The notes beneath the pieces are model-generated. The model saw only the letters and a program-made list of their open reading frames with translations. It ran no database searches and had not been told where the DNA came from. 64,000 nucleotides of DNA from Dudresnaya verticillata (taxonomy: Eukaryota): positions 1 to 64,000 of the forward strand of contig OZ374562.1 in the NCBI GenBank assembly GCA_977862235.1, in the 5' to 3' direction. The translations under genes and the position numbers were made by a program. Positions 34,131 through 46,615 of this stretch are shown here, piece after piece. Positions within the stretch are counted from its first letter, which is position 1. Every line of letters starts with the position of its first letter.

Positions 34131-34904
34131 CAATTGTACGCCCTTGGCTGTAGACGCCTGCCCCATATGGCCTTGCAGGATTCATATTGCTTTTCAAGTT
34201 AAAGGTTAGTCACTGCTCTTTGGGAAAAGATGTTTCATGTATAGTAAAAATAGTCGAGTAAAGGAAATGGGAAATATGCGAGCTCTCGAGATGTTGCAGC
34301 CTTTTTTGGAACAATTGTGGTCAATACACTATGCAGAAAAGATGTTGGCAACATGGAAGGAAATGGAGTGAGGCGTTAATACGTGAGTGCGGCATGCTTC
34401 CAAGAGTAGTTCCGCCATGTAGTGATGGTGGAACAATGGGTGAGCAGCGTCGTTGGTGGGTGTGGTCTTGGGCAGATGCCTGGTTGGCCGTGCAAGTCGA
34501 GCATCGGTATATCGGATCGGACAAGCTCGCAGGGGCCAGTGTGTATCATTACATATTATTTTGCATGGGCCAAGGTTGCTTATCGGTCTCCAAAGGCCCG
34601 CTCTGGGCGAAGGGCATTTCAGGAGATGGAAACGCTGCTCCCGCCGCGTCCATGCGAGGATGGACGAGGTAAACCGCGGGGTGGAAGAAGGTGAAAGGTC
34701 GCGACCGTGGCACAGAGTAACGAGGACAACATCTCCGATGCCGCGCGATTGGCCACGCGTGCTTGAAGTGGCACCGCAGGGCACTCTCTACTGTATACCC
34801 CATTTTGCACTGAAAATCGAGGTGACAAGTTTCACTACAGTACAGTATTAGGGCGTTTGGCTCCACAAGCTGCAGCCGCCGGTCTGCTTTTTGCCATCAG
34901 GTGA

Positions 34905-36713
34905 ATGTCGCCTTCACCTGCAGCACCCCTTTCGCTTGTCACCGGACAAGCAACGATGGCCCCCGCCCCGCCGCCACCGTCTACTTCTGACCTCGGTCGC
35001 AACTGGGTCCTAGAAGCTGACGTACTGTATCCAACCCGAGCCTACTCGGACCGCCTCAACACCTTTCTCGCCGACCGCCCTGGTGATGACCTCACAGTCA
35101 CCTTCTCCTTCAGCCCCACTCTTTCGCCAGCACAGCCGGCCCCTGTTCAAATCCACTCTTCCCGCCTAGAATGGGCAGAGGGGCCCCTCCGCGCCTTGAC
35201 ACAACATGCGTTCCGGGAGCAGAAGACTGGCTGCGTTGCACTCTCGGACGAGGACAAGCCCTCCACCTTCGACCTCCTGCGTGACTTTCTCTATGCGAAG
35301 AACGTCGTCTTGGGCAAACTCACTCTCTCCGGTCTTTTGGACGCGCTCCGTGCGTCACATCGCTGGCTCCTTTTGGACCTGTTTCGCGGCATTGCTATTT
35401 TCATCGAGAGCTATGCTATGCTAGCCACCCCAACGGATGTGCTCACCGCTGCCGATGCTTTCGCGCTGCCCGACATTCCACGAAGCGTGCTGGTGTATTT
35501 TTGGGAACGTGTCGGTGCGGGTTTCTGCTATTTCACCCTGCGCCCTACGCAAGTCGAAGAAGAAGATGATGATGACGAGGCGAGATCCGTCCCGGCGTCA
35601 GGCACGTTGGCGTCAACCGATAGGGACACAGACACAGACAAAGAAGAATCGGAATCTGATGAAGAATCGGAATCTGATGAAGAATCGGAATCTGATGAAG
35701 TAATGGGAGGTACGGGTCAGGGTGTTGGGAATGCTTCGATGACGCCTTCAGTATCTTTTGAGGGGTCCACGGATGACAAACCGCCCATCTTTTCCCGCGA
35801 GATGACAGCAACAGTTCTCGACGAGAGCCTACCAGTGGAGCAGAGGCTGTGCCCGCGTTTTCCAGGCCTCTGGCCGCTAGCAGTGCAGCACGGGCTGGTA
35901 GATGTTGCGCTACACAACTTGCTCCTGCATTGCAGGCTAGGAGATGAGCTTGCTCTGTTGGATGTGGTGCTGCAATATCTCGAGCCGCGCATAGATAGCG
36001 ACACAGAACTGTGTGATCATATTGCGCTACTGTCTCTGGACATCGGGTCGCTGGAAAGAGTAGTAGATCAGCGGATCCTTGACGGGACGTGCTCCGCGCG
36101 AGCAGTGCGGCTGCTGGCGAAGACAGTTTTGACACCGCGAGTGCCGCGACCGGAGCTGCGACAATGCTGGAGGGTGAATCTACATGACGCCACGGAATTC
36201 TCAAAGGATATTTTTCTGAGTTCGGACAACCGGGGGGTGGAGGGCAACGGGGAACGGGAACACAAGACGTTTGGTGATCGGCGGGCGTATGATGACGACG
36301 ATCACGACCGGAGTGTGCAATATGGTTTGAGGCGAACGCGATCGACGCACAAGCACGTGTACGAGAAGTTGAGAAAATCGTCAGTACACATAGCTCTGCG
36401 CGTGCAATGTGTGATGGGGGCAGGGATGCAGTGCTCGGTGCGATGGGAGGCCGGAGCGGTGTTTGCGGCGTCGTTGGAGATGTTGGAGATGTCCGTGGAG
36501 ACTTTGAACAACGCGTGCATGTGCACGGCCGGGCACGGTGGTTACTCGGGCAGGGTGCTCGACCGGGCGAGGTCCTACCGACATGCGAGCAACAGTGGGC
36601 GGATTGTGGTGGGACTTAGTGAGGAAAGCAGACGGCGGTACGCGCAGGAGCACAGCGCGTGTTGTGAGGTTACTATATCTCTGGTTGCACGGCTGATACC
36701 GCAACTTGAGTGA
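34905..36713 (+). CDS. BTB/POZ-domain protein (family member 4)
   Basis: QIHSSRLEWAEGPLRAL...FREQKTGCVALSDEDKPSTFDLLRDFLY...HRWLLLDLFRG; LCPRFPGLWPLAVQHG; NNACMC...QEHSACCEVTISLVAR. Alternative start at 34956. Confidence 0.85.
   Translation: MSPSPAAPLSLVTGQATMAPAPPPPSTSDLGRNWVLEADVLYPTRAYSDRLNTFLADRPGDDLTVTFSFSPTLSPAQPAPVQIHSSRLEWAEGPLRALTQHAFREQKTGCVALSDEDKPSTFDLLRDFLYAKNVVLGKLTLSGLLDALRASHRWLLLDLFRGIAIFIESYAMLATPTDVLTAADAFALPDIPRSVLVYFWERVGAGFCYFTLRPTQVEEEDDDDEARSVPASGTLASTDRDTDTDKEESESDEESESDEESESDEVMGGTGQGVGNASMTPSVSFEGSTDDKPPIFSREMTATVLDESLPVEQRLCPRFPGLWPLAVQHGLVDVALHNLLLHCRLGDELALLDVVLQYLEPRIDSDTELCDHIALLSLDIGSLERVVDQRILDGTCSARAVRLLAKTVLTPRVPRPELRQCWRVNLHDATEFSKDIFLSSDNRGVEGNGEREHKTFGDRRAYDDDDHDRSVQYGLRRTRSTHKHVYEKLRKSSVHIALRVQCVMGAGMQCSVRWEAGAVFAASLEMLEMSVETLNNACMCTAGHGGYSGRVLDRARSYRHASNSGRIVVGLSEESRRRYAQEHSACCEVTISLVARLIPQLE
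35643..35700 (+). repeat. 18-bp coding tandem repeat (gaagaatcggaatctgat)x3 encoding EESESD
   Basis: Three perfect units in the acidic insert of BTB member 4. Confidence 0.92.
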
Positions 36714-37892
36714 GTTGAGGACGGGTGCGTGTACAGTGCGGGCGGTGGGCAGTGTCCGTTTTCCATGTCCCAGTGGGAAGTGATTGGTTAGTGTTGAAGC
36801 TCCGTCGCTGCTGAGCTTTGTGCACTCTCTTGCGCCGGCTGATGCTGTTGTGCAGATACAGCCGGCCTGATTCGTTTGCGCTGCGAAGAGAAATTACGCG
36901 TCTTGGTGGGTAGGAGGTGCTTGTCGACAGTTGTATGAGTGTTTGTCGACAAGTTGATCGACGGACGCGTCCTCCTGACATGAGGAGGGGGGTGGTGGTG
37001 GTGGACGTACTGTGACTGTACAGTATGTAGTTAGTGAAGTTGTTGGTGTTGCAGTTCATGGATGTGACTTTTCGTCGTACGTATCTTGCGGCGCGGACAG
37101 AGAAAATGGAAGGCAAGAGGAATGAAGAGCGTGGCGGCGACGCGGCGGTGGCGGGAGGGGCGGTGTCATTTGGCGAGGCTTGGTCGAATCTGTCGCACTC
37201 AAGAGTGTGTGGGAGGGAGGGACTGCCCTACGGTATGACACAGTACGTCGAGTTTTCTGGCGGATGCGCGCGTTGAATGGGAGCTTAGCTCACGAGGCGC
37301 AGCAAGCGCGGGCCGAGCGGTTTACAGCAGCGCGAGAAGCGGGCAAAAAACAACGCCAAATCAGGGCGCGCCAGTCGCGAGAGCGTGGCACGCGCTCGCA
37401 GGTGCCGCGCGGCCAATGGCGATGCGCAAAGTGGTGGCGCGCGCGGCGCCGAGACGTATTGATCGCGGTGATCGGCAAATCGTGATCGGCAAATCGTGAT
37501 CGGCGATGCCTAAATTTCTCTTTGCGCTGCGGCATCTGTCTCGCCCCTCGCGCGACGTGGCGCCTGCGCACCGCTCCGCGTCTGCCGCCTCCCCACCGTC
37601 CCGCGTCCGGCGCCGTCTGGGACGGCGTCGCACGCGGCTCCGCCGCTGCTCCCCGAACGGAACCTCAAGGCGCGTGCTCAATTCGCGAAGAAAGCTAACC
37701 CGCTGTCCTGAAGCAGCACCCTCGAGGGTATGATGAATAGTACGATACCTGTAGTATCGAAAAGCTTTTCTGGTCACATGCCCACCGACCACCCCCTGCC
37801 GTTGTGCACACGCTTCTACAGCACTGCCTCGCCCTGCCCTACCCTACCCTCCTGTCCCCGTCCCCGTCCCCACCCCCACTCCCCCGCCCACC

Positions 37893-38786
37893 ATGTCCTT
37901 CTCCCCAAAGTTCTCCCCCTTGCTCCCCCCGCCCCCATCCCCGTCCATCTCCAAGCCGCACCGCACCAGCCGTCGCCTACTCCTGCTCACCCTCGCCACC
38001 ACAATTCTCTTCTCCACCCTCTTCTCCTCCCTGCTCCTGCTCAACCCGCACCCGCCAGAGACAAACCTCCTGCTACACGCCACCACCCTAGCCCAGCACG
38101 CCCGCGGCTCCCCCCGCACGCGCCCCAAAACCCACCCGCCACCGCCGCCCCTCCCGCTGTGCCGCCACGCACTCCTCTTCTCCGCCGCGCGCCACGGCTC
38201 CACCTGGCTGCTGGACTCGCTTGAGCGCTGCGCCTACTCGCGCCCGGACCCGTCGTCGGTCTCGCGAAACCGCCGCTACGCCAGCCACGCAAACCGCGAC
38301 ACCGAGTTGTGGAACCCAGGCCAGCAGGGCCCACTGCTCAACGTCTCGCAACAGCTCGCCATCGACATCGCTACCGCGCACCGCACCGTCAAGATCTTCC
38401 CCATCGCCGCGCACCACCGCTCCCCGGACGCCGTCCGCGCCGTCCTGCACGGCGCCGTTGCTAACCGAGTCCCCGTCCTCATCCTCCGCCGCAACCTGCA
38501 GCTCACATTCGCGAGCCTCGTCAAGGCCGAGGGCAGCGGCGTGTGGAACAGCAACTCGCGCGGCAAGGGCGACGGCGCTGAACAGGATGCCCTTCTGCCG
38601 CACGTTGCGCAGGCTGAACGTTTCAGCTATTATTCAGCCCGCATCAAGTCGTTTTTTACCACATGGGAAGGCGAGCTCAGAGCTGTTGGCGCCAAAGTTG
38701 ACACCTTTTGGTATGAAGCGATCAAAGACAAGCGGTACATTATCGCGCGCGAGAACGGTTGCTATGTCAGAAATTGTAACTTTTGA
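37893..38786 (+). CDS. Type II membrane sulfotransferase-like protein, Stf0/NodH-like (RHGSTW family, member A)
   Basis: TM anchor, Pro-rich stem, LCRHALLFSAARHGSTWLLDSLERC, ELW, VKIFP, PVLILRRNLQLTFASLVKAEGSGVW, WYE, C-terminal CYVRNCNF. Confidence 0.8.
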   Translation: MSFSPKFSPLLPPPPSPSISKPHRTSRRLLLLTLATTILFSTLFSSLLLLNPHPPETNLLLHATTLAQHARGSPRTRPKTHPPPPPLPLCRHALLFSAARHGSTWLLDSLERCAYSRPDPSSVSRNRRYASHANRDTELWNPGQQGPLLNVSQQLAIDIATAHRTVKIFPIAAHHRSPDAVRAVLHGAVANRVPVLILRRNLQLTFASLVKAEGSGVWNSNSRGKGDGAEQDALLPHVAQAERFSYYSARIKSFFTTWEGELRAVGAKVDTFWYEAIKDKRYIIARENGCYVRNCNF

Positions 38787-41700
38787 GGTGCTCTGCGTTA
38801 AGGTTTCTACAGCTATGTCACAGAACGGCATTGTATATGTATCTATCGTATCTATCGGTTTCTCGGAGATCGGGTATCGGCAATTATCTGCCCGGCGCAA
38901 AAGGCTTTCCGATCCTTGGTGCGGGAGTGTGGAGAATGTTGCTCTCTCACGCAGCTGCAAGCATTTGTTGTATTGTCGCCAATAAACTTTTGTTAGTAAA
39001 GTGCATCTGCATGGATGTAAAAGAAAGCAGCATGTGTCGTTTTACGTAAAAGGTGAATATGGATAGGACGATGTGAAACTAGACAGCGATTCTCTTGAAG
39101 CCTTTCGTTATCCTATCGCAGACAGCTCGCAAACAATTATCAAAGTTGGCAGCAACCAGCAGTGTACTGGGGTTGGCTCATGAGCAGGTCTTGATCCACG
39201 AGCTGTGTGGGTTTCAGGCGTGATGGCGGACAAGGGCTCAATTGGATAGTTGGTTAGGTTCTCTCCCGAGGCAGGGATGGAGGAAACGGTCTCGAGGAAA
39301 AGGAACAAGGTACAGAGGATGAGGTGGAAGCATTGGAACGTGACCCATGCGGCATGGGAGGCGCGCATGCCTGGTAGTATCGAGTACAATAATAATACGT
39401 GTGTTGTGTGTTCCTAGCTAGGCATCGGCCACGGGCAAGTCGGAAGTGATGACGAAAGGCAATGGTACGATGAGAACATAACTCAACACAGGTTCCTGTT
39501 GGTACTGCTTAGAGAGTTTACAGAGAAGAGGTAGTTGGGGGAGGTTTTACGCTTGTCGAAAAGATTATCTGGCGGAGCACCCTTAATCGGGTACTTATAC
39601 GGTACAGTAGTCTGGCACTTTCCCAAACGGATTTGGGTTGACTACTGGGGATATGTAGCGGTGGGGGTGGCTACCCTTGGCACGGGGGCTACCGTTGGCA
39701 CGGGGGGCTTGTTTCGACAGGGCTGCCCTTGGCAAGCAATGGGGTCTTTCTGTGCTTGAAGATGTGAGTGGACAGCAGTGAGCTGTCTACGCAGCAGTGC
39801 GGCTATGTACAGCATGACTGCGGCTTAATTGTATAATACTGTACAGTGCGTGTGTCAAATAATGTAATATATAACAGTTATCGTTATCGCCGCTCTGTCC
39901 CCACCCCACCACTGTTGAGTGTTTGTACCCCGTTGCACCGCCCAACCCCAATTTCACAAGGGTATAAGGCCAACGCAAGTTGGCTATGCTAGACTGCCAA
40001 ATGCGCCGAGTAAAGGCGAGTGAGAAGGATGAGTAGCTGTGTTAGCTGCAGGCATCAGCAGTGGCGATGCGCTAATAATGATCGCATGCACCTTTACTGT
40101 ATTGCCTGTGTTGGAGGTTGGAGCTGCTCCCCTACAAACAAATGTGTTCGATGCTGTACGTAAATTGCACCCGCCCCTAGGCCAGGGCGTACAAGTACGC
40201 GGTCGGGGACGGGTTGGCCGAAAAGTCGAATGCGCCTCACTGACCGCCGTCAACAGGGTGGACAAAGCGCTCTGTAAGGCATTTCTACGCTGTAATGCGC
40301 GTTCAGGGCGCCGCAAGCTGCTCGCCTGCGAGCCCGCTACAAAAGGGGCTGAGCCGGAGGCGAGGCGGGAGAGGAGAGAGAAAACAAGCCAACGCAACGC
40401 ACGGCGGGAAGCGGCAACCACCGCCGGACTACCTGGCCCGGCTCTGGGGCACTGCGCCCTAGCGGCGCGGCAACCTGGTGCTACATGCCGCTGGCAAGCT
40501 CGGCCGACATGGCCGGGCAGTAAACTGACGCTCCGAGCGGCGAGCGACCGCGGCGGATGGGTGATGCGTTGTTGCGTGCGCGTCTGCGGGCGCCTCGAGC
40601 ACGCGAGCAGCCGCGAAGTGTGTGTGACAAAGGGAAACTTTTGCCGCGGGTGCAAGTCGTCTCTGGTCTTCAAATGTTGCTCGAGTGAGATTAATGAAAC
40701 AACCAGTAATTACTTAACACGCGTCCCTACATTAGTTGTGGCCGACTAGCGCATCTCAGGTGTATTTCTACTGCAACTCTGCAGTTCCAGCATTCAACAC
40801 CCTCCACAGTACTTGTAGTCGCCTCTTGCCCCGTGCCCCCACTCTCTTCGTCACCCAGCGTGGCTGCAGGCTCGTACAAAGCACTCGCGGTACATAACGC
40901 TATTGCGTTTTGCACTTTATCATTATGCCGTTGCCAGTGACAGCACATGGGCTTCCTGTTTTCCACGAGCCTTCCCGGCGGCCTTCCACCACCTTTGGGG
41001 CTGTCGCCGCAGGCAACACGAGGTCACGAGAGCATGCCCACTGCGCCCATAGCGATGGCACACGTAAAGCGTCCAAGTTAGCAGATCAATGCAAGGTGGG
41101 CCAGGGCAAGATTGCAAACTACATAATCTGTCAGACATATTCCTCTTTACTGGACTCTGCGCCAATTCGCCTACTGATGTGTCTACCCGTATCGGAGTAG
41201 CAGGCGTGATTAGTGACGGGGCAGCGAGGTGGCCTGGATAGCAGCACAGCAATTATGCACCAGCAGGAATGAATAGAAAGGTTCTCCTCGTTCCGACTAG
41301 AAAGCAACAACCCCGACAAGTTGAGGAATGCAAAGTCACAGACTGTTTGCCAGTCCCGACCTCCTGATCCTGTTAGGGCCCGAATCGACACCTATCTACT
41401 GTAGTGCAGTCAACTCGCGATAATTGAATGACCGATAAATGCATAATCCCGATATTCGAATACAGTCTACGTTTCCCGACATGGGAAGAAGCAAAAGTAA
41501 CTAAAATGGCCACATTATGTTCTCCCGCTATTCGAATTCAGAGTTTCAGGACGGCGCAGCGTTGAAATCGCTCTCCTGGACCTGCTGAGTGTAGGAAATG
41601 TAGCATCCGGATGGAAAGAGGGTAAAAGGCACTTTCTCGACTCTCACCCTGGGCTTTGCGGTTCAGGAATGCGTGTAATGAACCGTTTGCAAGGCCATCT

Positions 41701-42924
41701 GCGCCTTGCCGCAGCGCGCGATGCGCATCAATCCACTCTCGATGAGTTCATTCAGCAGCGTGGTACTCTATTCTGTAAATAAATGTGCTCCCATACTGTA
41801 ATGTGCTTTGTCATACACATCCGACATTTGGATTCTCGCGATAACTGAATAGAAACCTGTCGACCGTCATTATTCATTTATCGCGAGTTGACTGTAGTAA
41901 AGAACTCACCTCAGTCCTCGCGTGGAGTGGCATTTCTGATGGATCCGATGACGGTGTGTATACAGTACGATACTTTACGAGAAAACTGGCAGGGTGTACT
42001 GTACTGTACTAAAAACCGCACGGATCTCAGTCAGACGAGACGGCCATGCCCGCGGACTGTCAACTCGTGGTTAACGGGCGTTGATACTGTAGAACAGTAC
42101 TGTACTACGCTGTTCTAAAAGTGTGCTTATTGCACGGTGTGCTTGTGTCTACAGTGCAGTACAGACACTTGTTATGGAGTACTGCACACTATTCAAGTTT
42201 TTATGTGCAGTAGCAACGTGTTAAAAACGTACAGGCTGGCTGCAAAGTGCAGTACAATTGTAGAGTGTCAGGAGCACTTCGCCATCCGGCCAGTGTCATT
42301 CGTTTCAACCTGAAAAGACCGACCATTATTAACAACAGTTGCCCCTTGATTCCGACAAACGAACAGCACCTTAACTGCACCTTTGATTTGCATCGTTCAG
42401 GGAGAGCCGCCCACCCTGCGCAAGTATACATCTTCAATCCATTTCATCTCACCACACCCCAATTTTGGCTGTAATTTCCGAGCGAGTCCATGTTGTCGAA
42501 CCATTCCAACAACCATACTCCTTCTCCCTCATGAAATGTCCGAGCACTGCGTGTCTCTCGCATCCGCTCTAACCAAACCGACCGCGGAGGATGAAGCTTT
42601 AGGCTGTGAACAAACAACGCGTCAGTGGTCCCAAAATGGGACCCCAATAGCCAGCTTTTCTCAGAAAAACCTAGTTGTAACACTGTCTGCATGTCTCTTA
42701 GATTCAGCTCTTGTGCTGCCAGCTCCTGGAATGCTGCCCTGTTCTGCTCTCCTCGCCAAAGTCGCGCCGATCACTCTTATCCATGGTCCGTCTAAACCCA
42801 GCCCACTGTAGAACACTGCTTTTTCCACCGATGATTACATTCACCGCTTCACAATCACAGCCAAACTAGCAGTAGTCAATGCCATGTAGTGTTGGGTTCA
42901 TGTTGGCAGAAGCATCTTGTTCGA

Positions 42925-43680
42925 TCAAAAGAAGTTGCAGTTCTTCAGAACACATTTTGCCTGTCTCAATCGAATTTCGGGCAAGTCTACAACATTTTCG
43001 TACCAAAGCACATCAGGACGTATTCCTGCGCTTTGCAGCATCTTTTCTACTCTGCCAAAGTAACTCTCTACATCTTCACGGTATTCTTGAAATCCTTTTG
43101 GCTCTGTCTCATTAAGCACTCGTTCGTCCTTCCCAGTAATCCACCAATTGTTCTGCTGTTCTGCTTGCCCCAAGCTTTCATACGCAAACCGCAACTGTCG
43201 CCTTAGAATTACTACCGGAGCACCATGCCTTGCAATCCACCAGAACATCTCTGCCATTTCTTGCGTGTGATTGAGAGTGTGAGGGTACAAGGCCTTTAAG
43301 GAATTCTTGCGAGCCACGATGCGAGCCGCGTCGCGCCCAGGGATCTTTCTCATGAAACTCCCTCCAATGGGGCTCCACATTTCATGGCGCATATACACTT
43401 CCCGCGGAAAAATGTTTACCCGAGAGCCGTTTCCGAGGCGGGAGTACTTGCAGCCCAGCATGACGTCGATCATCCAGGTGCTTCCGTGTCTCTGAGCAGA
43501 CAGCAGCAACATGCTCTTGCATGGAGGTAGTCCACGGAGGTGTAGATCCGCCAGGGCAGGGAAGGCCGCTGAGTCTGTGAAGAAAAACAAGGACGAGAGA
43601 AAGCCCAGTCCAACAGCAAAAAGCAGTACAACTTGAACTGCGTGTCTCTTTCCGATTTTGCTCTGAAAAGAAGAATCCAT
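42925..43680 (-). CDS. Type II membrane sulfotransferase-like protein (RHGSTW family, member B)
   Basis: TM anchor; PCKSMLLLSAQRHGSTWMIDVMLGC; EMW; LKALYP; PVVILRRQLRFAYESLGQAEQQNNW; WYE; CVLKNCNFF. Start at the first ATG (MDSSF). Confidence 0.8.
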   Translation of the reverse strand: MDSSFQSKIGKRHAVQVVLLFAVGLGFLSSLFFFTDSAAFPALADLHLRGLPPCKSMLLLSAQRHGSTWMIDVMLGCKYSRLGNGSRVNIFPREVYMRHEMWSPIGGSFMRKIPGRDAARIVARKNSLKALYPHTLNHTQEMAEMFWWIARHGAPVVILRRQLRFAYESLGQAEQQNNWWITGKDERVLNETEPKGFQEYREDVESYFGRVEKMLQSAGIRPDVLWYENVVDLPEIRLRQAKCVLKNCNFF

Positions 43681-45766
43681 GGTACTTATTGCCAAGGGTC
43701 TCTCCTAGATGATCGGTTGACAATATTGCAGTGAAGTGATGCGGAAAATGGGAGTTGGAAGTTGCTCCTGGCTTTTTGTCACGTCGACTTAGCAGTGGGC
43801 CATTACCCCGAATTACCGTGAACGCCGTGCACACAGCTGGGGGTTCTGGTTGTTTCTGTTAAAGCTATCGGCATTACTCTGAATCGCTTGGCGAGCGAAA
43901 GATTACGGATCCTATTGAAGTCGGAAGTTGATGTTCTCTGGCGCATCGACATCCACTGCCTCTCCCTCCCCCTGCAGGCTGGGGCGAGAAGAGCCGTATA
44001 ATAGTAACACTGTAACAAACAACATAATTAGGAAAAAATGCCAAATGCGGTTGCAACGCCGTATTGCTCCATTGGTATCCTGTACATGATTATTATTGAG
44101 AGGGCTGTGGTATTGGGATTATACGTTTTAATGGGCACACGAATCGACGCACCATAATAGAAGATATGTTGCATTCCGCTGCAACCGCAAAAAATCCTTG
44201 CTCGGCTCCGAGCGTGTGTGAGAGGTACGCTGGTACACCGGTGCGCCTGCAATAACTGTACTGGGCTGCAGTGCGGATCAGCAGTTACACTGTGGAGCAG
44301 AGTGGGAAGCGGGAATCACACGTCGGCGGTAATAAGATCAACCTCAAGCATGTCTAACATGTTAGGCTAACTAATTGCGTTGGCAGCAGCGGGAAAGAAA
44401 ATATCACAAGGTCTACAGAGTAAGGCCTGTCCTCAAGCAATACTGGGTCAACAAAATATCTTGTATATGCAGTACGGAGCCTAGCACAGAGCCTTACCCT
44501 CGTCAGCAGCGTTCTGAATTGCCTATTCAAATACAGGAGTTACAATTTAAAAGCTAAACGTAACAGCACGCTCTTAGAAACGCTTTCGTCTTACACCGCA
44601 TTTGAGTACAACTTCCATGCTTGTTTTGCTTTTCTAGAGTACTTCCCCTCCCTTCCCACCCAATTGATCACCGGATGAGGTACATGTCCACTGGGGACAT
44701 TTCATGCAAACTCGTTATGGTTCATGGGACAGGGAAGCTGTTATGGTACCTCTCCTGCCAGAGATGCCAGCCCTCGAAACACTCTGCCCTTCAGCATAAG
44801 ACAGGCTGCAACAGCGATTGACTGTCTAACAATTGCGTCCGGCGAACCGTCGCTCTGAAAAAATTGCAATGGTTTCTCATTGCCGTGTTGTCTTTTCGAC
44901 CGGTGTTTTGCTTTCCGGATTGTCACTGAGGATCTATGGAAAATTGTTATCGTACAGCATGAAAGCTTTCCGAGTGAAGTTCCAAGTAAGTCTTGGAGTG
45001 TTTTAAAAGGAAGCAGGGAGAAAATCATGAATCTGGGGATTTCTCAGCTCTATTCTGTAACACTATAGGCATTACTGTTCAGCAGTAGTGTACAAGATTG
45101 CCATGTTTCACTGTCAAGAGAAAAGTTATTGGGCCACTTGATGAAAGTTTAACAACCAGTATCATGTTACGAAGTGTAACAAATCTGCACTACAGTACCG
45201 GTTGAACAGCATAAAACCGCGTTACCTACCTAGTCTTGTACAGTACGCTCTTCTCGCAAGCCATTTGAGCCTTGCAATATCGAAATGCCCTTTACACTCC
45301 TCACGGAAGTCACAGGTCAGTCCACTGCTCGCATGTTAAAAATGAATTAACACTACTAACTAATACTCTTCACGCAAGACTTGACCGAGAGCGTATCTCA
45401 TATCGGAAAGAACGGGGTAGCCGATTGCCAATCGGCGTTATTAGGTAGTAGGGGCAGCCCAGGAACATGTCCAACCTTTCCCCACCGCTGATATGCATGA
45501 CTCAGACTTGCAAAACAGTGGAAAAAGCCCCAGCGTTCCTTGCTGTATCGCTTTCAGCGTCTTGTGCTGCGATATCCACTTGGATCTCCATCAAACTCGC
45601 AATTTGTACTCCTCGCAAGGCGCCCCGAAACGAGAAACAACATGGATTGATGATTTGTTATTTCTTGCAACTGCCTTCTCGGAATGAGACGGCAACTATG
45701 CACAGAACTGACCCTGATGCCTTTCGCATTGACGTATCTGCCAGTTGTTCCATTATCTTGAATTCC

Positions 45767-46615
45767 TCACGGAAAGTTGCAGTTCTTGACAAAACAATCG
45801 AAGCCCTTGAGATATATCCACTTCTTGTCCTTAATATCGTCGTAGTCAAATTCATCGTATGAAATCCGCTCCTCTGCAAACAACCTTCTAAGGTCCTTAA
45901 AGAACTTGTTCGTCCAAAACGTGAACTCCTGGAATTTCCTATCCATTTCGACGCGCTTGTATCGATATGAGTGCCTCTTCTTTACGCGACCAAACTCTTC
46001 TCTTCTTCGTACTTGCGCCCACACACCGCTCTTTTCGGCTTCGCCGTAGCTGAGGTATGCGTCCTTCAGTTCTCTTGTCAACAAAACGAAGGGCACCACA
46101 CCACGCCCGGCTCTAAAGAGCTGACGAATCATATGCCCTTTTCGCTGCAGCGCTGGAGGGAATAGCTTGACAGAACAGTTCGACTGCAGATAGTTTACAA
46201 CTTCATCCGGCATGACTGATTGTAACTTGCTGGCTTCACGTTTACCATATACGTGCCACAGTTCTGTGTCAAGGAACACTCGTTTGCCATAAACCGACGG
46301 TTCTACCTGCTCGGTACGTGAATACCGGCATCTTTCAACTGAATCCAGAAACCATGTGCTTCCATGTCTTGCCTGTGTGAACAGAATCACGTGCGGGCAA
46401 AGGCTGCGATTATCTTTGATTTCCAATAATGTCGAGAATTGGACAGGAAGTTGGCCACTCAGAAAGATTGGGAGACAAAGTGAACAGATGAAGACAACCG
46501 CAAGGATTGCACGCCCAAGGTGGGACTTGTCGCGCTTCTGAGGTACAGATGTAGATTTTCGTGAGATAGTCGGCTGTGCTGTCGACGGCCTAGATCTTGC
46601 TTGTTCCAAAGACAT
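45767..46615 (-). CDS. Type II membrane sulfotransferase-like protein (RHGSTW family, member C)
   Basis: TM anchor; LCPHVILFTQARHGSTWFLDSVERC; ELW; VKLFP; PFVLLTRELKDAYLSYGEAEKSGVW; CFVKNCNFP. Confidence 0.8.
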   Translation of the reverse strand: MSLEQARSRPSTAQPTISRKSTSVPQKRDKSHLGRAILAVVFICSLCLPIFLSGQLPVQFSTLLEIKDNRSLCPHVILFTQARHGSTWFLDSVERCRYSRTEQVEPSVYGKRVFLDTELWHVYGKREASKLQSVMPDEVVNYLQSNCSVKLFPPALQRKGHMIRQLFRAGRGVVPFVLLTRELKDAYLSYGEAEKSGVWAQVRRREEFGRVKKRHSYRYKRVEMDRKFQEFTFWTNKFFKDLRRLFAEERISYDEFDYDDIKDKKWIYLKGFDCFVKNCNFP

